From a virus (lineage: Duplodnaviria; Caudoviricetes): 64,000 nt of DNA. The DNA is taken from the IMG/VR virus record IMGVR_UViG_3300028920_000023. One strand, 5' to 3'. Shown here in pieces: positions 32,148 through 40,652 of the stretch (within the stretch, counting starts at the first letter, position 1; every line of letters begins with the position of its first letter). The notes under the pieces are model-generated. The model was not told the origin of the DNA. It saw only the letters and a program-made list of their open reading frames with translations, and did no database searches. Both the position numbers and the translations under genes were made by a program.

Positions 32148-32360
32148 TCACTCAGTATCCTCATCCGGTCTAGCAAAATCCACAAAATGAGTAGTCTTAA
32201 CCTCAGGTACAGGATAATGCATCCTAGATTGGCAATTATAACAAACATCTTCAACCGTCGCAGGAGGTTCCTTACCAAAAGGAGGATTACCATCACTCCT
32301 ATGGCGTCTGCTACGCCAACCACAAATCGTGCATTGCAGGATTATATCCCATTGTCCCAC
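32148..32360 (-). CDS. Small zinc-ribbon protein
   Basis: CTIC...CYNC. Confidence 0.55.
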   Translation of the reverse strand: MGQWDIILQCTICGWRSRRHRSDGNPPFGKEPPATVEDVCYNCQSRMHYPVPEVKTTHFVDFARPDEDTE

Positions 32361-32647
32361 GGCTTCTTCCCCCGCCTTACGAGTATCTCCTTAAGCGCCG
32401 CAATAAGGTCGGACTCGGGATCCGGATCTGGCCATTGGATACCAATATATACCAGTGCGTAACATGTCTCCGTATGTCGCAGATGATATCTATCGAGTAT
32501 CGCCACCAATTTAGTCATATGATACGGCTTGGCCACCAGATAAAATTCATTACAAAGACATACAAGAGAAATGGTTTTTGTGAACACGATCCTCTGACCA
32601 TCCGATACAGGCAAATTAAGCTGTTTAGAAATCTGTTCAAGAACCAT
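32342..32647 (-). CDS. Hypothetical protein
   Basis: Coupled in minus-strand small-gene run. Confidence 0.55.
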   Translation of the reverse strand: MVLEQISKQLNLPVSDGQRIVFTKTISLVCLCNEFYLVAKPYHMTKLVAILDRYHLRHTETCYALVYIGIQWPDPDPESDLIAALKEILVRRGKKPWDNGI

Positions 32648-32654
32648 TTCGAAG

Positions 32655-33059
32655 TTATTCTGTCTTCAAATATTTGCTCCCATCCTTGATAATGCGATTC
32701 TGAGCAATAAGCGTATACAACGTAGAAGACAAGCTGCTCATCCTAACACTCCGCTTGTTTCTAATATGCCTATAAATACCCCAAGCATTAATCGGGCCAC
32801 ATTCCTCGATGGCTTTACAAGCCAAACTGGCTACAGAATTAGGATCCTTCTTTCTGCCCCTAAAAAGCCTGGGAGAATCGGTCATTTCTGGTTCTACCTG
32901 TTCTCCCTCCTCTTTTTCTGCCTTCTCTTCAAGCTCAGCAATGAGCTTCTTGGAAGCAGACAAATGAGAGATCGCGGCAGTGATGACATCCACAGACCGA
33001 ACATGACGTGATCTCTCTTCGCGGAGACCATCGATCAAAACACCTAGCTCTTTGCACAT
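32655..33059 (-). CDS. Putative winged-helix DNA-binding protein
   Basis: Coiled-coil N-half; ACKAIEECGPINAWGIY...LSSTLYTLIAQNRIIKDGSKY resembles wHTH. Confidence 0.45.
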   Translation of the reverse strand: MCKELGVLIDGLREERSRHVRSVDVITAAISHLSASKKLIAELEEKAEKEEGEQVEPEMTDSPRLFRGRKKDPNSVASLACKAIEECGPINAWGIYRHIRNKRSVRMSSLSSTLYTLIAQNRIIKDGSKYLKTE

Positions 33060-33316
33060 CGTTCTTCTCCCGATATGAAACTAAACAATACCTCACCAGT
33101 AGGAACATACAGCAGCTCCACAAGCACGCCTTCGGGGAAGTCCAATTTCGACATACCAACCAACGCCTCAGCGTTCTTCTCGAACGTGGCTACAAGAACG
33201 CTCATGACCCCCTTCTCGGTAGAACCAGTCAATACCAAGAAGTAATCATGTTCAGACATCCCAGGCAAAAGCATTTCGATACCATAATATCTGGATAAAA
33301 AGAAAATAATTATCAA
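33044..33316 (-). CDS. Hypothetical protein
   Basis: Coupled in gene run; start uncertain. Confidence 0.5.
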   Translation of the reverse strand: MIIIFFLSRYYGIEMLLPGMSEHDYFLVLTGSTEKGVMSVLVATFEKNAEALVGMSKLDFPEGVLVELLYVPTGEVLFSFISGEERCAKS

Positions 33317-33558
33317 TCAGAAATCATACCAGACTCACGAGCAAGATCCAAAACCTCCTTCTTGGAGCACTCATGAAGCTCACGCCCAGATCTCTTGCGA
33401 AGATCAGTGAACTTCATAGCAGCATCTTGCATCTGTTCATGAGTCTCCTTGGTACCACCAAACAATACAAAATCAGAAGATTTAGTAATCCTCTTATGGC
33501 CATCACTTTCGGTGATTCCGACAATAACCATTTTACTCATAGCGTCCTCCTCTGTCAT
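33313..33558 (-). CDS. Hypothetical protein
   Basis: 81 aa, coupled to downstream gene. Confidence 0.55.
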   Translation of the reverse strand: MTEEDAMSKMVIVGITESDGHKRITKSSDFVLFGGTKETHEQMQDAAMKFTDLRKRSGRELHECSKKEVLDLARESGMISD

Positions 33559-33588
33559 GTTTTATCACATAACGATACAGGGGAAACT

Positions 33589-33636
33589 GGGCAGGGATCG
33601 GAACGGTCTAAAGGCCGTAACTCATGATCCCTGCCC
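33589..33636. other. Intergenic two-tier hairpin (11-bp GGGCAGGGATC/GATCCCTGCCC plus inner ACGGTC/GGCCGT)
   Basis: Direct inverted-repeat inspection. Confidence 0.65.
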
Positions 33637-33681
33637 CTTCCTACAGCAATTTCAAAATATCATAAGCAACCCAAATAGAAA

Positions 33682-36495
33682 TTAACTCACAATCTCCATC
33701 TGCCTCAAAGAATACTCATTATAAGATTGCAGCTGATCCCTAACCTCCATAGAACGAATAACAGCCCCAGGGAACATCCTCAAACCCATCTTGCCAGACA
33801 AAGTCTGAATATTAATCGGGAAATAAGGAGTATTCACAGCAACAGGAGAAGTCTGATCAGCAGAAAGCAAAGTATCCGGAGATACTAGCAACCCATTAAA
33901 CCAAATCCAAACCTGATTATCCCTCACCAAAACAGTAACATCATTCCACTTCTCAACCTCACCATTAATCGGAGCAGGAAGCTCACCACCAAAATAACAA
34001 CGAAAAGCCTCAGGACTAGAAGAAACACCAGAACCAACACCATCAACAATAAAACCATTCTGAGAAAACACCTGACTCACAGCACTACCAGGCTGAAAAC
34101 CACGCACCAAATCATCCTCAGAATCCTCATCATTCAAATCATACCGAGTATTCATATCCAAAATACCAACCTGAACCTTCAACTGTACCTGCTCAGAACC
34201 ACTAGACGTATTCTGAGTAAACTGGAAACGCACCGCAGGACACGTAAAATCCTTACGCAACAACTCAACAACAGTTGTATTCGTAGGAACCTCAACAGCC
34301 TCAAGATCAGTAATACCAGTCACGTCAGTGCCACCAGTAGCATCATATGTCGGACAACAAGTACCACCAGTCTGATCCTGGCTAGAATGATCAACAGTAC
34401 AATCAGTCGGACGAACAATCTCATAATCCTCATCAAACGGAAAAACATCATCCCCACCATTAATAAGAACAGCACAATCATCATCCCAATTAGAAAAAGC
34501 CAACTTAAAATCATACTTCCACAGAATATTACGAAAAGCACCCGTCAAAATACGCAAAGTACCACGAGGAGGAAGCTGATTCCAGATCCGCCCCTTCACA
34601 ACCACATACGGAGCACCCGCAAACGGACCAGTCGTATACACACCACGCTGCAAGACCTTCAGATAAGTATCATTGAAACTATCCACCGGAGCATTCAGAA
34701 GAAGATCATATGGAGGATAAGTAAATTCTGTCTCACGAGGTTGACCAATCTTCAAACGAACCAAAGCATTCTTGTGATTCTGACGATGCCACAAGAAAAC
34801 CGGACGATCAGCAACATTCTCAGCAACAAGATCAAACTGCTGACCAAGAATAGACATATCGCGAATATCGACACGACCATCCTTATTAAAATCAGCCGCA
34901 GGATTATAATTACTATCTAAAATCGTAGAACCATAAGCACACAAGAAAATCTTCAAATCCTCATTATCAACAACACCATCACCATTCAAATCCCCAGCCA
35001 AAGAAGGCTCCTGCCTAATAATCCTCAAACCAGGTATACTAGGATCAGAATCGGCAACAATATCATTATTGATAGGTTCACCAGAAGGTTCCCGCCGAAT
35101 AACACCATCAACATCCTGGACCTCACCACCATCGTCCGACAACAATAATCTATCTTCAAAATTAGTTAGGCCCCACTCACCCTCCCTCTCAACCAAACGG
35201 AAATCTGGAACATCAACTTCTGCAGCACTAAGATTTCCCTCGGTATCCGAATTAATCTCATCCCTAGCTTCATATAAATCACCAAACTGAACCATACCAG
35301 ACAGAGCCCAGAGAGACTCAGGATTAAGTTGAGGTTCCTTACTAAAATAAGTCCTGACCGTTCTCTGGTTAGCATCCCTAGTTATCTCAAACTGCCAAAT
35401 ATCAACCAAAGTTCCCAAAGGAAGTATAGAAACAGTAGAATCCAAAACCAAAGTCTTGGGGTTGGCAAGATCCGTCGTAGCATTCTCAGGATTCAAATAC
35501 CTCCAAACATTCGTAGCACTAAACTCATTGCCAACCGGAACAGCATCCTGCACATCCCACAATTTCAACTTATACTGATTATTACTTAACACATTCGGAT
35601 CGACATCCACCACAACCGCCATCTGCTTAGTAATAAGATGGCCATTAGCCAAAATAGAACCAAGCAAACCAGGCTCAGTCTCCGGATGGAACTCATACTT
35701 CAACTGAGCACCGTTCTTATCCTGACCAACAAACCAAACGCACTCAGCCACCCCGGCAGTGCCGGGAGTAAAGGACCAACCAGTCTGGGAAGTAAGATTC
35801 TGATTTCTCTTAAGAACTACCTCAAAACTATTCTCATATGGTGTAACCCTGTTATCGTACCTCTTGAATATTAAAGAAGGAACTATACCCTTCTGATTGA
35901 AGAAATCATCCGGATTAGTTGGATCGAAGATCGTGCTCTCGGGGTATGTGTAGATCTTTAATTCACCATAAGCGCTTACATCTGGCATGATGCCGTTGCA
36001 GCTTGGTGGTCGTACGGATCTAGTCTCGCTCTCATCTTGTATCCAGAATATTCGAGCGCAATCTTCACAATTACAGCTGAGGGGGAGAGGAGAATCGACT
36101 GTAAAGCGGACAGTATTTCCGACTCTTTCGAGACTTATAAATTCGCTACCAGCTGCTAGGATAATATCCCCTACCAGATAACCTCCGTCATCCGCCATTC
36201 CTGCGCCTTGATAGCCAAGTACACCAACCCTGGTCTGGATGGCGGCATCTAATTTGCATTTGTCATCTGCGCTCATCAGCCCAGGTGAGTCACATGTGGC
36301 GTCCGGCACTGGGTCTTCGGATATGTGGGTCGAGCCATGCATGCTGGGTATTGCTACTTGGCTTTCTCTCTGATATAGTGTGTTTGTCTGCTCGTCATAT
36401 TGGAATCCGATGAGCTGCCCGTCTGCTACTGGCACCTGGAAGTATTGGCGGTCTACCAGACTCGAGGGTTCCGGGAGTATTCTGCAGGCTACCAT
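33682..36495 (-). CDS. Large virion structural protein with dockerin/EF-hand-like domain
   Basis: PGLMSADDKCKLD fibre motif near N-terminus; GDLNGDGVVDNEDL...ADFNKDGRVDIRDMSIL paired Ca-binding loops. Confidence 0.65.
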   Translation of the reverse strand: MVACRILPEPSSLVDRQYFQVPVADGQLIGFQYDEQTNTLYQRESQVAIPSMHGSTHISEDPVPDATCDSPGLMSADDKCKLDAAIQTRVGVLGYQGAGMADDGGYLVGDIILAAGSEFISLERVGNTVRFTVDSPLPLSCNCEDCARIFWIQDESETRSVRPPSCNGIMPDVSAYGELKIYTYPESTIFDPTNPDDFFNQKGIVPSLIFKRYDNRVTPYENSFEVVLKRNQNLTSQTGWSFTPGTAGVAECVWFVGQDKNGAQLKYEFHPETEPGLLGSILANGHLITKQMAVVVDVDPNVLSNNQYKLKLWDVQDAVPVGNEFSATNVWRYLNPENATTDLANPKTLVLDSTVSILPLGTLVDIWQFEITRDANQRTVRTYFSKEPQLNPESLWALSGMVQFGDLYEARDEINSDTEGNLSAAEVDVPDFRLVEREGEWGLTNFEDRLLLSDDGGEVQDVDGVIRREPSGEPINNDIVADSDPSIPGLRIIRQEPSLAGDLNGDGVVDNEDLKIFLCAYGSTILDSNYNPAADFNKDGRVDIRDMSILGQQFDLVAENVADRPVFLWHRQNHKNALVRLKIGQPRETEFTYPPYDLLLNAPVDSFNDTYLKVLQRGVYTTGPFAGAPYVVVKGRIWNQLPPRGTLRILTGAFRNILWKYDFKLAFSNWDDDCAVLINGGDDVFPFDEDYEIVRPTDCTVDHSSQDQTGGTCCPTYDATGGTDVTGITDLEAVEVPTNTTVVELLRKDFTCPAVRFQFTQNTSSGSEQVQLKVQVGILDMNTRYDLNDEDSEDDLVRGFQPGSAVSQVFSQNGFIVDGVGSGVSSSPEAFRCYFGGELPAPINGEVEKWNDVTVLVRDNQVWIWFNGLLVSPDTLLSADQTSPVAVNTPYFPINIQTLSGKMGLRMFPGAVIRSMEVRDQLQSYNEYSLRQMEIVS

Positions 36496-36616
36496 TTTAG
36501 TCTCCTATTTTGATTTTACTTATGTTTGAGGTTTCTAAGCCCTAATGTTTTTCTGATGGCTTCTACGGTAATCGAATGTCGATATCGGGATTTCACCACG
36601 ATGTGCACAAATATAA

Positions 36617-36820
36617 TTGCGGAGGATAATAATGGTTAATTTTCAAACAAGTCATTATTGCGTGAAATGTAAAATAGTGACTAAACACAATAGAACGCCT
36701 GAACACCAAGGGAGGATTAGTTTCGAGTGTACCAAATGTGGTAGAAAAAGAACATCTACTACCAGTCAACCTATCTTAAGAAAGAGACAATATTCAGAGA
36801 TATTTGAAAAATCGCAATAG
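36617..36820 (+). CDS. Small zinc-ribbon protein
   Basis: YCVKCK...FECTKCG. Confidence 0.55.
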   Translation: MRRIIMVNFQTSHYCVKCKIVTKHNRTPEHQGRISFECTKCGRKRTSTTSQPILRKRQYSEIFEKSQ

Positions 36821-37083
36821 AAGAAGAACCGAAGTACAAAACATGGCCAAGGCCAAAACAAAAAGGCTATAGACATACAAGCAACCACCAGTTTCAGAAG
36901 GCAGGAACACCCGGCCATACCTCTCATGCAGATACAGATGCACAATCGATAGAGTGACGGTCAAAATAACAAAAATTATCGACAAATTATCAAAGAAACG
37001 CATACTTACCACCAAAGTTAGACCCAAACTAACTTTGAATAATACAACCATATGGTACCACATCACAAGAGCAGAGAAAAGAC

Positions 37084-37395
37084 ATGGCCAAACGATCATT
37101 CAGATGCCCTATAGGTCTAGTGAACGCAATAAAGGAGACCTGCCAAAGCAATGTCGAAATAATGTCGGCATTGTGTAGAGATGATCTACAATCATTAGCT
37201 AGCGAACTTTGGGAAATAGGGATACGTCCAGGACCTGGTCCAGACGAACGAAAGAAATATAAACTAATATTAAACGACGAAGATGAGAACGAAATAAAAG
37301 AAGTGGCAAAGAAATTAGGTGTACCAGCAGATTTCCTAATTATCACATTACTCAAAAGAAATCTACAGCCTCATAAGAAGAACCCGTTCCGGTAA
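37084..37395 (+). CDS. Putative ribbon-helix-helix regulator
   Basis: Two short strand-helix-helix-like units (KRSFRCPIGLVNAIKE; KYKLILNDEDENEIKEVAKKLGV). Confidence 0.45.
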   Translation: MAKRSFRCPIGLVNAIKETCQSNVEIMSALCRDDLQSLASELWEIGIRPGPGPDERKKYKLILNDEDENEIKEVAKKLGVPADFLIITLLKRNLQPHKKNPFR

Positions 37396-37409
37396 TACGG
37401 AACGGGTTC
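37380..37409. terminator. Hairpin between convergent genes (bidirectional terminator candidate)
   Basis: Perfect 12-bp GAACCCGTTCCG-gtaata-CGGAACGGGTTC. Confidence 0.65.
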
Positions 37410-37414
37410 CAAAC

Positions 37415-38458
37415 TTATCCAACAGGTAGACCATCCAGGAACCCTTCTTGTTTACCATTTAAATCAAGAACACCACCCTTAACAATATCAGTGAACTGCT
37501 CTTCAAACACAAAATACAACCTAATCATCGAAGAAGGCTCTTCCTTCCAATTAGACAGGTCCTGATCATCTTCTTTGAGTTCCTGCCTAATTTTAGCACC
37601 AGCACCAACCGCAACATAAACAGACCTCTTTAACGACCTCTCGTGTGTACGATGTGCATAGACCCATGCCTTAGACATTTCTGCGTCCTCTGAGTCATAA
37701 GAGAGAGGAACAGCACCATAAGGGCTTGTCTTCTCTTGTATGGGGGTATTAGCACTCATGGAACTAGGAGAAGATGTAGAGGGAATCGCTGAATTATATG
37801 GAATCGAACCCCCAAAAGAAGCAACCGTAGACCTCAGAAAATAATGAGGAGGAACAACCTTTTCCTTAGTTTTATAGAAAACAAAACCAAAAGCAGGAAC
37901 AGTATTCTCCTCGCCAATCACCAAAGAAGCAATATCCCTGGACTCATCTTCACTAAAGAAAAACTGCCTCACAGAACCATCAGGCTGTCTAAAACCATCC
38001 CACCATAACGTATTCGGAGAACACACATAATTCTGAGGAGGCCACTTATACTCACACTCCGGACAAAAACGATCACCTTTGAAATCACAACCATGTTTAG
38101 GACACTTCTCATCATACTTATGCAACCCTATACCATCAATCTTCAAACCAGTAATAGGATTCATCCCCTTAACACTAGCCATAATAGCAGTGTTATAACT
38201 ATCGTTCATTGTCCAATCGAACCACAAAGCCCAATTCGGCCTAACTGGACACACGAAACTTCCAGGCTCGCGAACCCAAGACTCGGGAGCCCCAGGTAAT
38301 GAGTCCAGAGGAAAAACAGAAATCGTTTGGCCAGCAGGCAAACCATGTACGTGACCGTTATCCTCTAGCTTCTCAGCACGACGCAGGACAGCCTCGAATC
38401 CCTTATGAGACATGACCTTAACACTGGCTCCGCGAATAACATCTGACATAGAATCCAT
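37415..38458 (-). CDS. Conserved uncharacterised protein with Zn-finger insert
   Basis: 347 aa; ALWFDW, KGMNPITG, QNYVCSPNTLWWDGFRQPDGSVRQFF, VGAGAKIRQEL; CPKH...CPEC. Confidence 0.7.
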   Translation of the reverse strand: MDSMSDVIRGASVKVMSHKGFEAVLRRAEKLEDNGHVHGLPAGQTISVFPLDSLPGAPESWVREPGSFVCPVRPNWALWFDWTMNDSYNTAIMASVKGMNPITGLKIDGIGLHKYDEKCPKHGCDFKGDRFCPECEYKWPPQNYVCSPNTLWWDGFRQPDGSVRQFFFSEDESRDIASLVIGEENTVPAFGFVFYKTKEKVVPPHYFLRSTVASFGGSIPYNSAIPSTSSPSSMSANTPIQEKTSPYGAVPLSYDSEDAEMSKAWVYAHRTHERSLKRSVYVAVGAGAKIRQELKEDDQDLSNWKEEPSSMIRLYFVFEEQFTDIVKGGVLDLNGKQEGFLDGLPVG

Positions 38459-38487
38459 GACGAAATCTCCAATTCTAGAGTTGAAAA

Positions 38488-39375
38488 TTAGTAGCGCTTA
38501 TGTTGATTCAGCGGATCAAGTTTACCATTACGAGAAACAGATATACGCTTTCTCAACTTAGGCAACGTACCATCTTCCTGCATCTCGGAATAAATGCGAC
38601 TGAACGATGGCACTTTCTTCAACTCATCAATACCATGTTGACGCAACCTAACAATCAGAGTAGCAATATCCATAAGATTACCAGTAGAGACCATACCTCT
38701 TACCAGGGCTACATTGGCCGCAACCCTAACCTCATCAGAGATACCTTCCCAAGTATTATGACACTTATCACAATACCCATTAGTCAAGATCGTACCGGCA
38801 TGGAACGGACATTCCTCTACGTACGTCATAGGGAACTGATTCACTGTATAAACACGAACCTCTTCCCCATCAACAATACATACCGGGCTGGTCTCCCGAC
38901 GACGGGCAATACGCAAATGCTCCAACGTACGCTCAAGATCAATAGTCTCGTTATCTGATTTATAGATGACGAAAGGACGGCCATTAGAACGCTTCAATAA
39001 CTCATCTATGATCTCGGAACTTGATTCAGGACCGTATTTCTCTAATAATTCCTTATCACTCATCCTCCCTACAGGCTTAAGAGCTTCTAATAACGAGGAA
39101 TTATCTTCGAGAATAATATTCTCTTTCTTGACTCGCCCCTTAAGAACCTGCCAACCAGCCGAAAATCTAGCTGGTTTTACCTTAGTGCTCTTAAAAGCCT
39201 CCTTGGCGTCTGCTTCTCTTGTCGTATCTGCTTCTAGAAGAGAAATCGCATCCTCATCTTCCTTGTCTACACCAAGCTCAGACAAAGCTTGATATACAGC
39301 CTCTTCTGTGATTTTCATCACTTCAGCTGCTTTGCTTACTCTACATTCTAGGGGAGATACAGGAGGATTAGCCAT
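38488..39375 (-). CDS. Hypothetical protein with Zn-binding motif
   Basis: 295 aa, AAGGAG RBS; CPFH...YCDKC. Confidence 0.7.
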   Translation of the reverse strand: MANPPVSPLECRVSKAAEVMKITEEAVYQALSELGVDKEDEDAISLLEADTTREADAKEAFKSTKVKPARFSAGWQVLKGRVKKENIILEDNSSLLEALKPVGRMSDKELLEKYGPESSSEIIDELLKRSNGRPFVIYKSDNETIDLERTLEHLRIARRRETSPVCIVDGEEVRVYTVNQFPMTYVEECPFHAGTILTNGYCDKCHNTWEGISDEVRVAANVALVRGMVSTGNLMDIATLIVRLRQHGIDELKKVPSFSRIYSEMQEDGTLPKLRKRISVSRNGKLDPLNQHKRY

Positions 39376-39488
39376 GGTTATGGCTCCTTATTCTGTGCAC
39401 CTTGATTTTCGGTGCTGTGTTGTCAGGTTACTTGGGCCACACTCGTGGTACCGTTCGCCAGACTTCATTCTTATTTACTTTTGAGGAA

Positions 39489-39614
39489 GGGGATTAGCGC
39501 ATGGACGTGTTGTTTATTCACAATTTGCGATTGTGCGCTCCACCATGGAGCATTTTACGCTTACGCGTAAACTAGGAATCGAACCTAGCAGACTGTAACG
39601 TCGTGCAGTTCCCC
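39489..39614 (-). ncRNA. Y-RNA (YrlA)-like RNA with circularly permuted tRNA module
   Basis: Closing stem GGGGA-ACU-GCA-C-GACGU / ACGUC-CA-UGC-GCUAA-UCCCC encloses T arm CUAGG-UUCGAUU-CCUAG, loop-closed 7-bp acceptor UUUACGC-GUAA-GCGUAAA, D arm GCUC-CAUGGUG-GAGC, and 5-bp/7-nt arm CACAA-UCGCAAA-UUGUG. Confidence 0.85.
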
Positions 39615-39619
39615 AATCC

Positions 39620-40651
39620 TCAAATAGCAAACTTACTAGCACGGTTCCAAGGAGCATCTTTAGCCCATTTAGCTTTCGTAAACATCGAAGCATAAACAAT
39701 AGACCTAGATTTCCTCAAAACCTGACCATTAAACTGATCATTCTCCAAAGACACAATATCATAACCATTCATTGTGTCCTCAACCTTATCGGAAAACGGG
39801 TCATCTAGCAGTTCCCGGACGATTTCACGAACACGCTTATCCTCTTCTGCCTCTGCCCGTTCAATCTCACGCTCAAGATCTTCCAATGATCCGAGACCGC
39901 GAGATTTCAGAGGAACACGCAAACGAGAAGTCGGGGTACGGCTATTCTTACGAGCAACCTCGATAGACAATGACCCATAACACTCACGAACTAAAGGCCT
40001 CCAAAGCTCTGACCAATATCTAGGATTAGGAGCACGCTCCACGCCAGTAACAGAACCATTGATCAGAATAATCGCCCCAATCTGTTTAGGAACTATCTCA
40101 AACTCCGCAACAAACTGATCCAACTCATCCCTAAATGCACTAAGAAAATTATCCAAATTACCAGTCGCACTAACCTCAAAAGAAGCATTAAAACGAGAAA
40201 TATCATCCCAAAGCTTATAATAAGAACGCTCACCCCGCTTGTTAAACGCAGACTCACGCAAAGAAAAAGGAAGAACCAACATATCATGCTGGCCCTCGGG
40301 GATATAGCCACCTTGCGATTGCTGTATACACATCGCATCATCAAAAGACTTATCGCCCTTACCAACCAAACCAGCCCTGCTCATAGCATGATCCTGGGCA
40401 GCATGTTTCGTAACATACCCAGCATGACACGGAATAAGCAGGACCTTCTCCGGATCAGGATTACGAAACTTCATCTCACCATAATTGTGAGTACTTAAGC
40501 TCGTCTCAACGTCCTTATCCTGAGGAGAAATAATATTCAGATCATACAACTCCTTATCTTTACAAATAAGAGGAATAATCTGCATAACACCAACAGACTG
40601 CAGATTGCCAACCTTCGTACCACGCAGAACCTCACTGATAGTATAATCCAT
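39620..40651 (-). CDS. ARPP / DUF6569-like protein
   Basis: Start 40651 (GGAGG RBS, 1 nt after upstream TAG); NLQSVGVMQIIPL, AQDHAM, CIQQSQGG, EFEIVPKQIGAIILING...VERAP...W...CYG recognised from memory of the ARPP family. Confidence 0.6.
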   Translation of the reverse strand: MDYTISEVLRGTKVGNLQSVGVMQIIPLICKDKELYDLNIISPQDKDVETSLSTHNYGEMKFRNPDPEKVLLIPCHAGYVTKHAAQDHAMSRAGLVGKGDKSFDDAMCIQQSQGGYIPEGQHDMLVLPFSLRESAFNKRGERSYYKLWDDISRFNASFEVSATGNLDNFLSAFRDELDQFVAEFEIVPKQIGAIILINGSVTGVERAPNPRYWSELWRPLVRECYGSLSIEVARKNSRTPTSRLRVPLKSRGLGSLEDLEREIERAEAEEDKRVREIVRELLDDPFSDKVEDTMNGYDIVSLENDQFNGQVLRKSRSIVYASMFTKAKWAKDAPWNRASKFAI

Positions 40652-40652
40652 G

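Noticed and set aside
32082-32462. 126-aa plus-strand ORF behind the antisense promoter
   Set aside because: ATG overlaps the -10 box, it runs through the hairpin, and it overlaps two better minus-strand genes.
37795-37815. T-loop-like GGGTTCGATTCC on the minus strand
   Set aside because: Inside a coding region with no other tRNA arms; chance match.
39388-39470. 26-codon ORF (MKSGERYHEC...) downstream of RNA-C
   Set aside because: No RBS or recognisable feature; likely incidental.
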